Shown: positions 29,380 to 42,950 of the stretch, one piece after another
Position numbering within the stretch: position 1 is the first letter of the stretch
Layout of the letters: the number at the start of each line of letters is the position of its first letter
From: the human T2T-CHM13v2.0 reference genome, Homo sapiens
Length of the DNA stretch: 64,000 nucleotides
Assembly (NCBI RefSeq): GCF_009914755.1
Contig: NC_060930.1
Reading direction: 5' to 3' (one strand)
The notes under the pieces: model-generated
Database searches by the model: none
The model's input: only the letters and a program-made list of their open reading frames with translations
Told to the model about the DNA's origin: nothing
Translations under genes and position numbers: made by a program

Positions 29380-30050
29380 AAATCATTACTTTATTTGATG
29401 AGGCCTGGCAGACAGCAGTGAACAGGACACACAAAAGTCCCTGTCTTCACAAACTTACAGACAATAGCAAAAAACAATAATAATTAAAATATATAGTATA
29501 AGTGTTATAAAAACAAAGAAATCAAGTAAAGAGGAGAGGAACTAAGGGAATAAGAAATAGGTTGCCATTTTATGTAAGAATTGTGTTTTGAGCAAAGAAT
29601 AAAATGAAATAAGTGGTGGGGATGACTGCAAAGCTATACAGACATCCTGAGGAACAGCCTTCTATTCAAGGGGACAGCCAGCACAATGTTCTGTGAGTTG
29701 ATCAAGGGAAATGTGCCCAGGGTGTTAACTGTTCTAGCAAGAACCAGAAGACCAGTGTTAGATGGAGAAGAGTGAGCAAGGAGTAAGGAAATAGCAAATT
29801 GGTATTGGAAGTGTAAAGAGGGCCTGGGTAAAGATTTTTGTTCCCAGGCAGATGGAAAGCCACTAGAGAGTGGGCTCGGGAGCAGGGGGATGATATGATC
29901 TGAGGTACATTGGACTATGCTCACTCGGGATTTTATAGAGAATAGACTGAAAAATGCCAGGGCAAAAACAAGGAGACTAAAAATTAGGAGTTCATAGAAA
30001 TAATCTAGACGAGAGATGACAGCTGATTAGATTAGGATCTTTTGGGTACG
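29380..30050 (-). mobile_element. L2 LINE 3' portion
   Basis: Reverse-complement L2 features ('aaagtccctgtcttcacaaacttacag', 'gatggaaagccactagagag', 'taatctagacgagagatgac'). Confidence 0.7.
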
Positions 30051-31607
30051 AGGGCCAAGTGGAGACGCTGAGAGTACATTAACTTTTCACCCTGACAAAA
30101 TAAGTCTCCTGACTCCCAGGCTGGGCAGGGCAGATGCGTACCTTACATCTTGATTTCTCCTGGAAGTTTGATGTAAAATGCATAGAAAGTCAGAATACTT
30201 ACGAGAGGGAAACAGTCCCAAATGTAATAAAAAGTAAAGTAAATTGTTAAATGTATTCAAAACCTGCTTCTCAGTTAAACACTTTCCTCCCTTCCCCCAG
30301 AATACTGCTAAATATTTTCCTAGAAGCTTTCTCACACTTTATAAAGTTAGATTCAATCACCCTAATGATAGCAATATTTTGCTCTCTCCATTTTACTTCC
30401 AAGAACCCCCAAACTGAGAATTCATCTACAGACACTAATTTATACTACATAGTCTTACACGAAGATTTATTCGTATATTTTTCCAGCCACTAAGCTTTAA
30501 AGTATATGGTTGTCTTTAATCTGATCCTGCTTAAGGGGATGAGCCTTTAAGCCAGACACTAACTTATTTTGCTTTCCTGCCTGTAGCATCTAACATCAGG
30601 CTGGTGCGCCAAAATAACTGCACTTCTGGTTGCCTGGCAGCGCGTCTGTGCTCCTGGGCAGTGCTTGCCATCAGCAACCCCAGCTCTGCTCTCAGCCATA
30701 TCTAGTTTGCTTCTCACTCACTGACCCCTCACTTGGCTTCGCTTTCTAACACACTGACCTTTCCCAGCCCCGATTCTAATTAAAACTTGTATTTTGTTTC
30801 TTTAGGGCTCTGTACCCAGCTGATGAGGTTACTACCGGCTTTATTATACTTTCCTTTCCAGGTGACCTATTTCATTTTAGAGACACCATATTTTGAACCC
30901 CAGAGGTGTCTCTAATGTTGGGAATGTGAGCAGGCTGGTGAGGGGTGGTCTGGGGCCACTGAATTTCTAATCCTTCTTAAATCACATCATGTGTGTATTT
31001 GCTCATTCCATGTAAACCTAAATCTAGCCCTGCTTAAATGTTTTCCGTATACAAGGGGGAAAGGGGTTAGCAATAAATTACGTTGCCCGTATAGAGTACA
31101 GCTGGTGCCCGTACTGTACTTAAAAGTGCTTCATGTACTTGCAGGCTGTGCCTAATTTGTTCCACAACCTTCTATCCTCAAGCTGAACAAGTGAGAAACA
31201 GGATACTTAAATAAAAGTTTAGGTTTAGGTCTGTCAAAAATACTGGTGCCTTACTCAGGTTTGGTTGAAAACTAGCTACAGAACCCTGTCATGCTTCAGG
31301 CTCCATTTAAATGGAGAAAGGGAATTAGGAAAGGTCCGCAAAATGATTAAAGCACATCTTATAGGTAGGACAAGCAAGGCTAAAACATACTGGAAATGCA
31401 TAACCAGAAGGATAGAAAACTAACATGCAAATTTATAACTTAAATGTGCAAAGGGTTACCCTACTAAGGTTAATTTTTCTGTCAAACTTTATTTAACATA
31501 GGATTAAGTTTAAACTATAGGTTGAGGATGAAAGCTTCTTAAAATGAGGGCCATTAAATACTTGTGGGTTATCGTTAGATGAATGCACTATCACTTTTTA
31601 AAAGTAA

Positions 31608-31735
31608 GGTGGTTATACATCTCTGTTTGTTTGAGGTGGTCCTGGTTTATACCTGTTTTCAGAGGGTAATTAATCCTATCCCCATATTCTCTCATATGGT
31701 CCTTGTTAGGACCATAAATTACTTGATTGTCCCAC
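31608..31735. mobile_element. MER94-like hAT-Blackjack MITE
   Basis: About 130 bp resembling MER94 ('gtcctggtttatacctgtttt...gtaattaat...ggaccataaattac'). Confidence 0.55.
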
Positions 31736-32624
31736 TTAAATTTACTATATAAATTTACTCTGAAAGAATACAGACTTAATGATTTTACACTTCCATTCCA
31801 GCTCTATCAGAATCCATAGCTTTCACCGTGACAGAACAAGATCACTGTCTCTGGCTCTGCTTCTAGATCTCATAGTCCTTCCATGTGAATATGATGACCA
31901 ATAACAATCACAAATAAGCAGAGCCACTGCTCCAAGAATCACTTAGTCCCATACATGGGCCATCCTGGAGACTGAGCTTTTTCCACTTTCTTTTCCAGAG
32001 GGTAAGCTCTGGGCAAACATGTGAAAAAGGAACTTTGCTTTCAACCATGCTACCCCAAGAGCTGCTCCTTGGCTCTTTAAAACAATTTTCCTTCTATCCC
32101 TTAATGATTCCACCATGACCAGAAGTATCCAAACTGCTACTCCTTCCAAATCTCAATATAATTTATCTAACCTTGTTCATAATCTGCCAGGACTATGATT
32201 TTGGTTATCTAAATCTGATTTCCACCCCAAGGTAGCCATTTTGGGAAAGTAGGCATTTCCATACCTTTCATTTAGCTATGGATCCAACCCTAAGACACAT
32301 TTTAGCAGACACATTTTGACTTCTCAGAGGCACTTAATGAAACCATCACCCTAAGGGAACGCCAGTCTAAAGAGACAGATAAGCAGCAAGGCTGGACAGG
32401 AGGAGAGTTATTGAAATTAAATTAAATGAGACTTTTTGTTCCCGCCAAAAAAAGTCCACGAAAACGTTTTGCTCCCCTAAGTTTTAGTGTAGAGCAAATA
32501 CTACAAATATAGTCCTTTATTTAATTTGCCCAAATTTGTTTGTTTCTAAATGTGCCCAATTTGCTTAACATTTCCTTATAATCAAGAAAAAGAGGAGCCT
32601 TCCTAGAGATTTGACCAGAAGGTT

Positions 32625-32960
32625 AAGTCTATCTGGCAGAGACTACTATGAACATAAATAGGTAAAACTCTGCTGCCATCCCCACATCTGAGTGTGACCA
32701 TTGAAGTTATTTCTGGACAATGGAGTGAAGCAAAGTCATGTTACTTTCTGAGTGAAGTGGTAGGAAGTGGATGTTTCCTCCTATGGTCTCTTTTCCCAGC
32801 AAAATGGAAATGACCTAGAGGAGAGCAGGGGCACAAGAAGGAGCGTGGGTCCTGGAATGACCAGATCATTCACACTGGACTTGAGCAAAAATTCACCTGC
32901 AATTATTATAAGCCACAAAGAATATGGGGTTGTGTGTTACAGAGTTTAGACATACTGCCT
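32625..32960 (+). mobile_element. Old MLT1-family LTR fragment
   Basis: 3' end 'taagccacaaagaatatggggttgtgtgttacag' typical of MLT1. Confidence 0.55.
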
Positions 32961-34209
32961 AATTAAATCTAATTCTTCGATGTGCAGAGATTGAATCTTA
33001 TGCTTGCAAAATCTCCATACATTTAAATTAAATGACCTCTCAGGGATGATTATGAAGGACTGGGGCTAGAGAAGAACACTGGCTTCCATAATGCTGCCTT
33101 ACCTTTCTCTGTAATTTCTCACTTTTCCAGATGCTGAAATGTCTAGCATCAAGAAGAAAAGCATATATTCAGAGTTAAACTTCATTTTGTTTTTAAAATA
33201 AACATGAACCTTTAAGGAAAAAATAAACTACTTCTTATATCATCTAAGCATAGAGCTTTGTTAATATATACATTCATTCCTGTATTCACTAATTCATTCG
33301 TTCATTCACAATTGAGAGTGGAAAGTGTCATTGGGCAAGATAAATGAGCCAGAAGACAGGATTGTTCACAAGAAGAGTAAAACAAAATTTTTGTTCAAAG
33401 TAACTTAAATCAACACTGCTGCAGTATAAGTAAGTTATCAAACTTCTAAAGCAAAATCACTCACTTGATCAAAGCCTTGGATTTCCATTTCCAAAGGCCA
33501 GCGTTTTCTTAGGACTTTAAAGTAGGGCCAATATAACTAGAGCAAAACTATAAAGGTGTAATAGCAGGATGTCTTTGCAACTCTAGGAAATGACGCCTAG
33601 TGGCTCTGAATAACTAAACATCATCACTGTCCTTTACTATTCCAGAAAAATGCTTCCCAGTATGTTCTGCATTATATGAATCTCATGTTCTGTTTCATGT
33701 GATACCTATAAGCTGTTCTGTCCAAATTCCAATTTCAGTTTTTTATAAGTTCAGCTGTGATCTGTAGTTCATTCTGTTAAGTCTTTTCCATAATCCCTCT
33801 GTTCCATATTATATATACACCTTCAGTGCTTCCTTCCCTCCCTCACATCCTAACACCTTCATTTAATCGCCTCTTAATCATTTGCCTGAAAAGTAAACCT
33901 TCCAATCACTTATTGTTTCCTTCCAGATGCTGCTGTTGAATGACTCCCCATGGGCTTCACCTAACATTCCATCCATGTTCATTTGGCTGTGCAGACTGTG
34001 ATTCCAGCACACCAAAGCTTTTAAGCTCTTTCTTTCCAAGAAAACTCATAGCTAACACCATTATTTCCTCACAAAAAACAGCTAACATCTGCAGACTGAA
34101 ACACCAAAACAAAGAAAAAAATTTGCACACTTCTGCTAAACTTGGATGCAACCTTTATCAGCCATCTTAAACAATAAATCAATGTTTTTCTTTTCAATCT
34201 CTAGTAAAA

Positions 34210-35358
34210 AATAAACCACAGTGGTTGATTTCAATTTCCCCTCAAAGGAATAGTTAACAAACAGGTTATAAGTGAACTAAGCCTCTATTTGGAAAACTAA
34301 TCTCTAACACAATTCATCGGGTTGTTCAATTATGTTTAATATTATTCTGTATATTAACAGTTCATTTCAGCAGCATTATTTAGTCAATTCACTAAAATAT
34401 CCCAACATACTATATATTATAAACAAATAGTATGTAATGTTTATCAAAATTATTTCTTCCCAGAAGATTCTCATATTAATAACAACTTGGAATATATCTA
34501 AACTACATTATCTTACAAAAATCATCTTTAAAACATTGATCCTTTTTGTCCTACAATCTCAGGAAATTTAGATTCCTTATCTAAAAGAAGGAAATAAGGG
34601 CCCTACAAGTAAAACTGAGAAAAGAAACCCAATCTGCTAATTCCCAGCTGTTTGCTATATAGATCATAAGGCCCTTCAGCCATGGACTTTTAGATCAGTG
34701 GTTCTCAAACTTTAATGTGCATATGAATCCCCTGTAGAACCTGTTAAAGCCATTTCCTGGGATCCCTCTCCAGAGATTATAATTCATTAGGTTAGACTGG
34801 GTCCATGAATTTGCATTTCTAACCAGCTCACAGATGATGGTGATGCCGCTGATCCAAGGAGCAGTATTTGAAAACCATAGCTCTCACTTAAAAGCCAACT
34901 TAAAAAAAGTATATGATTATGTCTAAATAACAGTTTATCATCAGCTGTAAAATTGATTTGAACAACTCTTCTATCAGTATAATGCAGCACATATAAAAAT
35001 TTAGATTCCAATTTTTATATTACTATCCATTCTAATTCCATAGTTTGAAGAGCATTTTCTAATTTCTTCTTTCATTTTATTTCATTTCATTTCATACCAC
35101 TCTTTCATTTTTGAGTGAAAATGATTTATCTTTCTTCACTTGGACCATTCCAGGTAGGTCTTCTCAGCATACGATAAACTAAATGATGGAAGAAATTATA
35201 AACTATAACACAAATGTTCTCAAACAAGTCTATAAAATTTCCTTACAAAATTCATAAGTCATTTTAAATTTCTATTAAATAATAAACCACAGTGGTTGAT
35301 TTCAACTTCCCCTCAAAGGAATAGTTAACAAACAGGTTATAAGTGAACTAAGCCTCTA
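34210..35358. repeat. 78-bp direct repeat pair (34210-34287 and 35281-35358)
   Basis: aataaaccacagtggttgatttcaa[t/c]ttcccctc...ctaagcctcta; 1 mismatch in 78 by manual alignment. Confidence 0.95.
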
Positions 35359-35589
35359 ATGTAGTTTATATATTTTCTTCTTTTAGATGAGGAACCCAAA
35401 TTTCCTGAGATTGTAGGATGAAAAGGATCAAAGTTTTAAAGATGATTTTTGTAAGATAATGTAGTTTAGATATATTCCAAGTTTTTATTAATAAGAGAAT
35501 CTTCTGGGAAGTAATAATTTTGATAAACATTACATACTATTTGTTTAGAATATACAGTGTGTTGGGATAATTTAGTTGATTGACTAAAT
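34378..35589. repeat. 219-bp inverted repeat pair (34378-34596 and 35371-35589)
   Basis: Manual ungapped alignment of the reverse complement gives 16 mismatches in 219 (about 93%). Confidence 0.95.
34696..34880. mobile_element. MER5A DNA transposon
   Basis: cagtggttctcaaacttt ... tttgaaaaccatag termini; internal 'aatttgcatttctaac'. Confidence 0.85.
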
Positions 35590-37652
35590 TTAAATTTTTC
35601 TATCCTTCTTTAAGTTTCCAGTTGTATTTTAGAAGTACCAATATCAGGAACATCTACATGTATTACAGGGTACTGAAAGAAACACACACACAGAGACATT
35701 ATTTTTAACGCTGAGTACTTCGAAAAAAATGAGAGATGATTGTTTGGTAAAGGCCTCAACATCTGTTGCCACCACCAGTTGCCCTGCCCTGGAACGGTCT
35801 CCTTTCAGTTCTTGTGGAGAGAAAACATCAACAGCTGACTTACATGGATTTTGTCCAGTAATAGTAAGACTATGTTTTACTGTCCAAAGCTACTTAAGAA
35901 GAAATTTAGAAACTTAAAATGGTCACTGGAAAACTTACTTGAGGTACTGTTTTACAGTCACAAGGACACTCAAAGACAAGAGTAGAACAGGCTAAGCGAT
36001 CAACTACAAGGCTGATGAAACAGTGCAGGATAGTGGAGAGTCTACCTTATCAATGCTTTCTCATACATACCCAATTTTCAGTGGTTTCTTTCAGTTCTCA
36101 TTATACCAATCTCATACACAAATGTCCTCAATTGCTGCAGTTCCTAATTTCTCTTTGGCCAACTCATTACTTCCCCTTAAGAGCTCTAACTCCAAGAAAA
36201 AAAAATGCTTTGATATACTACCATTTACCCAACAATAGTAAATATGTCCATATATAAATATATATATTCATATACATAAACCTACATACATAAAGACACA
36301 TTCATATACTGACAAATATATTTGGATATGGATAGTGTCAATTTCAGTGGCTATGTGTATATGCACACACGGTGATATATAAAAACATATTTACAAGAAC
36401 AAGTCTATAAGCAATAAGTGTTTGCTCTTATGAAAATTATAACAACTAAATTTTATAAACACTCGGAAAGTATTCAAATGTTTAGTTGATAACTAAGAAA
36501 TTATAAATTAGTGATCTAAGAAGTATTGGCATGTGCTTGGGTGGCAAGGGGTGGGAGGAATTAAAGCCAAAATGTAAAAAATAAAACATACACCCTATAG
36601 ACCAAATATAATTATGTTCTGCTGCAATGGCAGTCCAGATAGAAAAACTGTGTAAGATATGCCCAGTTTTTTTGGTTTTCAATTCCTATTATTTCTACTG
36701 TATATGGAAATTCTATGTTTTATTGATTATGCATAAATTTAATTTTTCACACTTATTTTTCACTCCTGGGAATTAGTGAAATATCATTATTTTATAGTAT
36801 AATTCAGCCTATTTTAAATATTTTAAACTTTGTGAAAGTGTTCCCAGCATTCACTTTCTTCTGTCCCTGCTGATTAATAGTAAATGTTTCCAAGCACACT
36901 ATGAATCTGAAGACAGAAGAAAGTTTTCACATGTGGTTTGAATAATCAAAGAACCTGATACCAAAGTTTACATATGGCTGCATCAAAACTAGCTAAATAA
37001 GAGTTCATACAAAATTAATGACAAGGATCATATTTTATTCTCCTTTCAAACAGTTTGAGAAGTTGTTAGGCTTCTCCTATTCTCACCTTTAGTAAAAGAG
37101 GGAGAGGTGCCCTCAAATATGATGGGGATCAGGGCTTCCTGAGAGGTCCATGGTGCAGCATCAGCATCACAGACTGAAGCTCCTTTGGAGAGGAGGAATG
37201 AGGAGCTGTTGAAACAGGGCATTGAAAACTTCTGGCTACCTCAACATTCAGCACGTGCAGTTTTTTGAAATGCTAAGCAGAAATGGAAAGGCAGCAAAGC
37301 CTCATGAAAGTGCATTCAGTGATAGCATAAATTCAAGTTCAAGTGTTCAGTCACAGTGTGACTGGCTCTGGGCTCCTGAGACTCCTCATTTCCTAAATGA
37401 AAATATACTGAAGCTCTTATCTTATGGGTGGGGTTGTGGGTATGAGGACAACTGCCTTGTCATTATTTTTTTCATACATTATCTTCTTTATTCTCTGATC
37501 AATCATGTATAATTTGTTGCAGTATCTTTACTTTTATGTTTCTTGTGAAAACGATGGAAAATTATTGTTTTATATGTCTCAACTCATATCTTAGTAACCA
37601 AGATTTTCATTAACCTCAAAATAGCACCTCAGCATCTTTTAGGTGACTGAGG

Positions 37653-37748
37653 TTTTCTTTTTCCTTTTTTTATTATACTTTAAGTTTTAGGGTACATGTG
37701 CACAATGTGCAGGTTTGTTACATATGTATACATGTGCCATGTTGGTGT
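37653..37748 (-). mobile_element. Extremely 5'-truncated L1PA 3' end (about 95 bp)
   Basis: T-tract followed by 'ttattatactttaagttttagggtacatgtgcacaatgtgcagg'. Confidence 0.9.
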
Positions 37749-38409
37749 TCTTATTACATTTATTGCATTATACTTTACACACTATGGCTTCAGATGGTCT
37801 CTTATAAACAAGATTAAATATTCAGTGGTTTGAAGCAAAGTAAATATATTTCCCAACAGAAGTTATCCAAGAATTTTCATTATGTATGTGAATTTTACAT
37901 TACACAATATTTGGTATAAATGCAGTAATACATTTTACACAAATTTGATCTTTTTGATGACTTTGAGTCAATGGTACATGCTTTGATTTTGAGCTACTTT
38001 CTAAAGAACTAAGAAAGGATGCATGTATCAGAAATAGCCTATAAAGCTTACAAGAGTTTTGGTGGTGTGGCATGTACAGAACAAAAGGAGAAGGTCATGA
38101 AAGTTTTCAAAAAAAAAAAAACCACTATGGAATAACTTTACAGAGTCTGAATAACATGTCTCTGAGAGAAAAGTGATTCATTCAGGTTTTTCCACCTCAG
38201 CCTGTGAATGTTGGGTCTCAACATGAATTAATGATAGAAGTTGAGCTACTTCATCCTAAGGATTTGTAGCAAACTACAATTTGTTTCCTTAAAGTGATAG
38301 CTTAATCTAGAACTTAATTAATATATTAAAAGAAAAAAGTTATCTTCCAATGAGTACTAGATAAATAATTGTATTATTATAACCTAAGTTCCTACTAGTC
38401 AATAGACTG

Positions 38410-38650
38410 ACATTATGCAGTGAAAAACATTCACGCTTTGGTACCTAGTGTAAGTTAAAGTCCAGTACCTCTACCAGGTGAGTGGCCTAGAGTGGGTTTT
38501 ATTAACTCTCTGAGCCTCCATTTCCTTATATTGAAAGTGAGAATAACAGGATCTTCTTTGCAAAACTCTAAGAGTTCAAAAATTATGTAAAGCCTTCAGC
38601 AAAGTCACTGAAATTATTTTGCTACTTGGTAAAGAGGAGTTAGTATTATT
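38410..38650 (+). mobile_element. MIR
   Basis: 'taactctctgagcctccatttccttatattgaaagtgagaataacag'. Confidence 0.7.
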
Positions 38651-41600
38651 CTAATCATATAATTTTCCAGATTCCTATTAATAATACTCTATTAATGGTT
38701 AATGTAGTATTTTGTATATTGTGTATTATTTCATTTGTCCCATGTGATGTAAGTTGCAAATTGACAGCAAGTATGTTAAAATAATACTACTGCCCTTATA
38801 TAACACTTTTTAATTAAGACAAATGATTGACATTTTATTTAATAAATTATCACTATATCTTTCCCATCAAAAGGTCAACATCTGTACAAATTCTTCAAAG
38901 AGCAAGTAGATTTAAGGGATCCAGCTCTCTAGAGATGAGTATTTATGCAAGCTTTATGTTCCATCTTTTTTAGCTCAAGTTTTCCTTTCAATATTTTCTA
39001 GAACATACATTTAGCAGAATTAAATTAAATATTAAAATACGGTCATAAGGGAATGGGGGCTAAGTGATAGTAGACATTCATGAGTGAAACCCTGAGTAAC
39101 TATATCTGTTTCTCCAAGGTCTTGAAATTGTCTTTTAGACACAGTCCTAAAACCTAGGCAAGCAGAGTTCTAAATTACTCTCAGCTTTAACATTTGACCA
39201 GGTCCACAGTTTTCTATAAAATGCAAGGTTTGAACTGTCTCATATCATTTTAAAAATTAAGGAGTTATCAGCCCTTACATCAAAATTCTCAAAAATGGAA
39301 ATTGTGTCTAACAAAAATAAGATTCATATTTTGACTTCAACATTAACCTATGATCAGTTTCTATTTCACAGTGAAATAAATATGAAATTGAGTAGAGAAT
39401 TTAAAAAGTGAATGCCAGACTCTGTACACCCAGTGGGTTACAGATGTATGAAAGTGGTGGCAGAGAGCCACTCCACTTCCTTCAAGATCCAAAAACATTT
39501 GGAAGGAAAACTCAGAAGGAAAAATGTCTGACAGACATGTTCTCTTTGGGGCTTCCTGCCTCATTGTTTGCCAAGCTTCCTAGACCCTATTGCTTCTTAA
39601 TAAAGTTCACCAAAAAGACTTTATGAAATGCAGATTTCATAGAATAAAACTTGTGTTAAAGGCGTTTTTATGTAGTTGAAGTTTTCTGCCATCTGTATTT
39701 CTCTACTTCACAAAATCAAGGAAGCGTGACTTGGAAAGTTATAAGTGTAAGGTGACATTTGAGGCACTTACTATTGGTGGAAAAAAGAGCCCGAACACTG
39801 AATCCTAAACCGGAGACCATAGCTTAGACATTGCAACAGAGAAGCTGCTTAACCCTGAGGGGATCATTACATCCTTCAATGTTTCTACTCCTTCTCCTGT
39901 AAAATAGAGTCATGTGAACATGCATATTGTGCACTGTGTGAATTAACTTAATAGAAACACAGATATGGAAAAGAAATGAAAAGTTGGAATCTAATTTCTC
40001 TGATCTTTACAACAGTAGCCAAGAAAAGGAACAAATAGGCTTTCAAATTTTCTAAAAACACCACCAGGATTTAAAAGTAGGCATTATAGTCTAACATGAA
40101 AAAGAATAAATAAGAACTAAAGCTACTAATTTTACTACTCAAAGATATATTTGATGTAATTAAATACATATTTTGCCAATCAGAAAGGCAGTTAATTTGG
40201 CTAAAATCACCTAAAGTTTAATACCAGAAATGTTGGTTATATTTACTTCTATAAACATTTAATGAAGACCTAAGTGTTTATGTCCTTGGGATAACAGAAA
40301 ACTAAATAAAATATAGCCACATCCCTTAAAAAGACCTCAACATACCAGTGCTAATATTATACATTTAATAAAGAGATATTTCATTCTATTCAACCATATT
40401 GTAAAAGGGAACATGAAGAAAACAAGGATGGGTATCCCAAGTACTTCAAAAGTATTGAGGTTGGCCATTGGGAGAGGTGAAGGATACAAAAGAAATAGTC
40501 TTAATACTTGTAAAAAGTGAGTGAACCTCCAAACTCATCAAATTTGAAAAAAAATGTATAAAACAATTTATAAGATTATGGGGTCTTAAAATTATTTTTG
40601 TAAAGTGATAGATTAGATAGATGGATGAATATAGATAATAGTTATAGTTTTATAGGTATACACACACACACACAACTAAATGAATAACTCCCATGATTTT
40701 GCTCTGTCAATTCCACCAAAATCATCAATCATCTTACTCTGAACAGGAATGCCTTCTCTCTATCCAAATCCCACCTGACCCTCACATCCACCTTCACCAC
40801 AAAGATTACTATTGTTATCACTAATTGAATTAAGCTGAATTAAAACAAGTTTATAGGCTTGTGTTTTTAAATGAATTGCAAGAAAAAATTGCAGGGAAAA
40901 GAAATTAACATGATCTAAATAAACAGCAGAATGGAGAACTGAACTTTCAAAGGAACACAGCAATGAAGAATGAAAATGTGGTCTGGGTCATGCCCTTGAG
41001 ATAGAAGCTCTAGGCGTTCTGTTTCTCATAACACTTTGTCCCTCCTCTTCCACAGTGATACTTACAGCCCTGCTAGCGTCGGAGTGCCAGAACCCAGCTC
41101 TTCTGCTCTCTCAACCAGGAAAGTAAACCTCAGTTCCTTGTATTAAAAATGTGTTTGGAACTCACAGCTCCGGTCCCTTCATTATTGTTTAGAAACCACA
41201 GCTTTTGTTTATTTACTTATTTAATTTTCAGAGGTTTTCTATCCTTGTTATTACTTGGCAGTCATATAAACTATATGGGGGGAGAAACATTTTAAAAATA
41301 AAAACCTCCATGAATCTAAATAATTCTAAAAATGACCTTCACATAAAATTATTTTATGGTCTGGTTTTGGAATGAATGTTTTGGGAACAACATTTACTAA
41401 TTGGTATTATTTTCTATAAGAAAAAATGTAAAAATTGGCTTATAAATATGGCTATATCTGAGAGAAGAAATTAAAAACACCTGAGTTTTCATTTAGGACT
41501 AAATTCTGATCACTTAGAAAAAGGGAGATTGTCCAAAAGGGAAGATGGCAACCTTCTGGCAATTTAAAGATAATTTCCTGCTTGTTGAATGATAATGAAT

Positions 41601-42607
41601 GATTAGGCTCCACCCTGCAGAAAAATAATCCAGTGTTCAGAAATGGTCTCATTTAAATATCCCTATGTAATTGTTCATGTGAAAGATCATAAAACCAAAC
41701 ATCTATAATCACAGGAAGATAATCTTGATTCCTGAGGAAGCTAAATATATTAATTAATAGTGCAAATTCTGTTTAAAGGCATTCAAGTTTACTTATATTT
41801 TAACTGCAGTTTCAACTAAACAAAATATTTCAGGGGTTATATTGGGCTCACCTAGGCTGATAATTTGCAACTACTACGTAGACTAACAATACATAGTCAG
41901 AACAGTGGTGGGAAACTGGGATTCTAAACTTTGTTTTCATTATTAGGGCTTTAAGCAGGCTGGACAATCCCTTTCAAATCTGAATTTCTATAAAAATGAT
42001 AGCCTCCAAATACACAATTTTGCTTTATATCTTTTAAAAACCATGGGTCATATGAGAGTAACCCACTAAGTTATGGGTGTGCACGGTCTAGCCCCTTGGT
42101 TGATTAGGGGAAGTAAAATGAAACACACACACACACACACACAAACAGCTAAACTTGGAAGGGGATAGACACAGAAAGAAGAAAGGGTCAGGGAAAGTTA
42201 CAGCACAGAGTGAATAAGCATAAAGAAAGCCAGAAGACTTGGAGGAGCTCAGAGCTAATGAAAAAAACAAGAACACAGAGTAGGGGGAGGGAAAGATGTG
42301 AAAGCCAGCTGGAATCTGAGAAAGCAAGAAATACAGGAGCCAACAGAAATCCAAGGACAGAAAGTATTGAAGATTGAAGGGAACAGGAAATTTATTGGAA
42401 ACCAAGTTGTTTTTCCTTTTGTATCCAATGCAATTCTATTCCAGGCAGAACTCTAGTCTCAACCTCAAAAAGGATAGAAGGGAAGTCAAAAATCATAGCA
42501 GTCTTTTTTTCATGGGCAGGAGCCAGGAGCTCTGGAAAGACAGATTAGAGGAAACATGACCCTTTGACAGCAGATACAGGGGTAGAGGAGTAGCAGCACC
42601 ATCCAAC

Positions 42608-42950
42608 ACAGTGTTTACTAAAATTGGGTTAAGTAGAAATAAAGATAATTGGGCTCCAACTCAGAGCTACTGAATCAAAATTTCCTCTATATTTAATAAA
42701 CAATTTAGGTGACTCTTATCACAAGAAAAGTTTAGGAAGCACTGGTATCATGGCAAAAATTGCAGGCTTTAGAACTAGAACTGCTTGAGTTAAAATTCTA
42801 GCTTACTAGCTGTTGATCATAGGCACATTTTTTTAACCTTTCTGAACCACAGTTACCAAATCTGTAAAATGGATTATTGTAAGGATTAAATGAGCTACTG
42901 GATGTAAACAGGGAGTGCCGGGTTCATATTGAGCGTTCAGTAGTGGTAGC
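42608..42950. mobile_element. MER5-type fragment followed by a MIR
   Basis: 'ctactgaatcaaaatt...aagtttaggaagcactgg', then the MIR core 'taacctttctgaaccacagttaccaaatctgtaaaatgg'. Confidence 0.65.
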
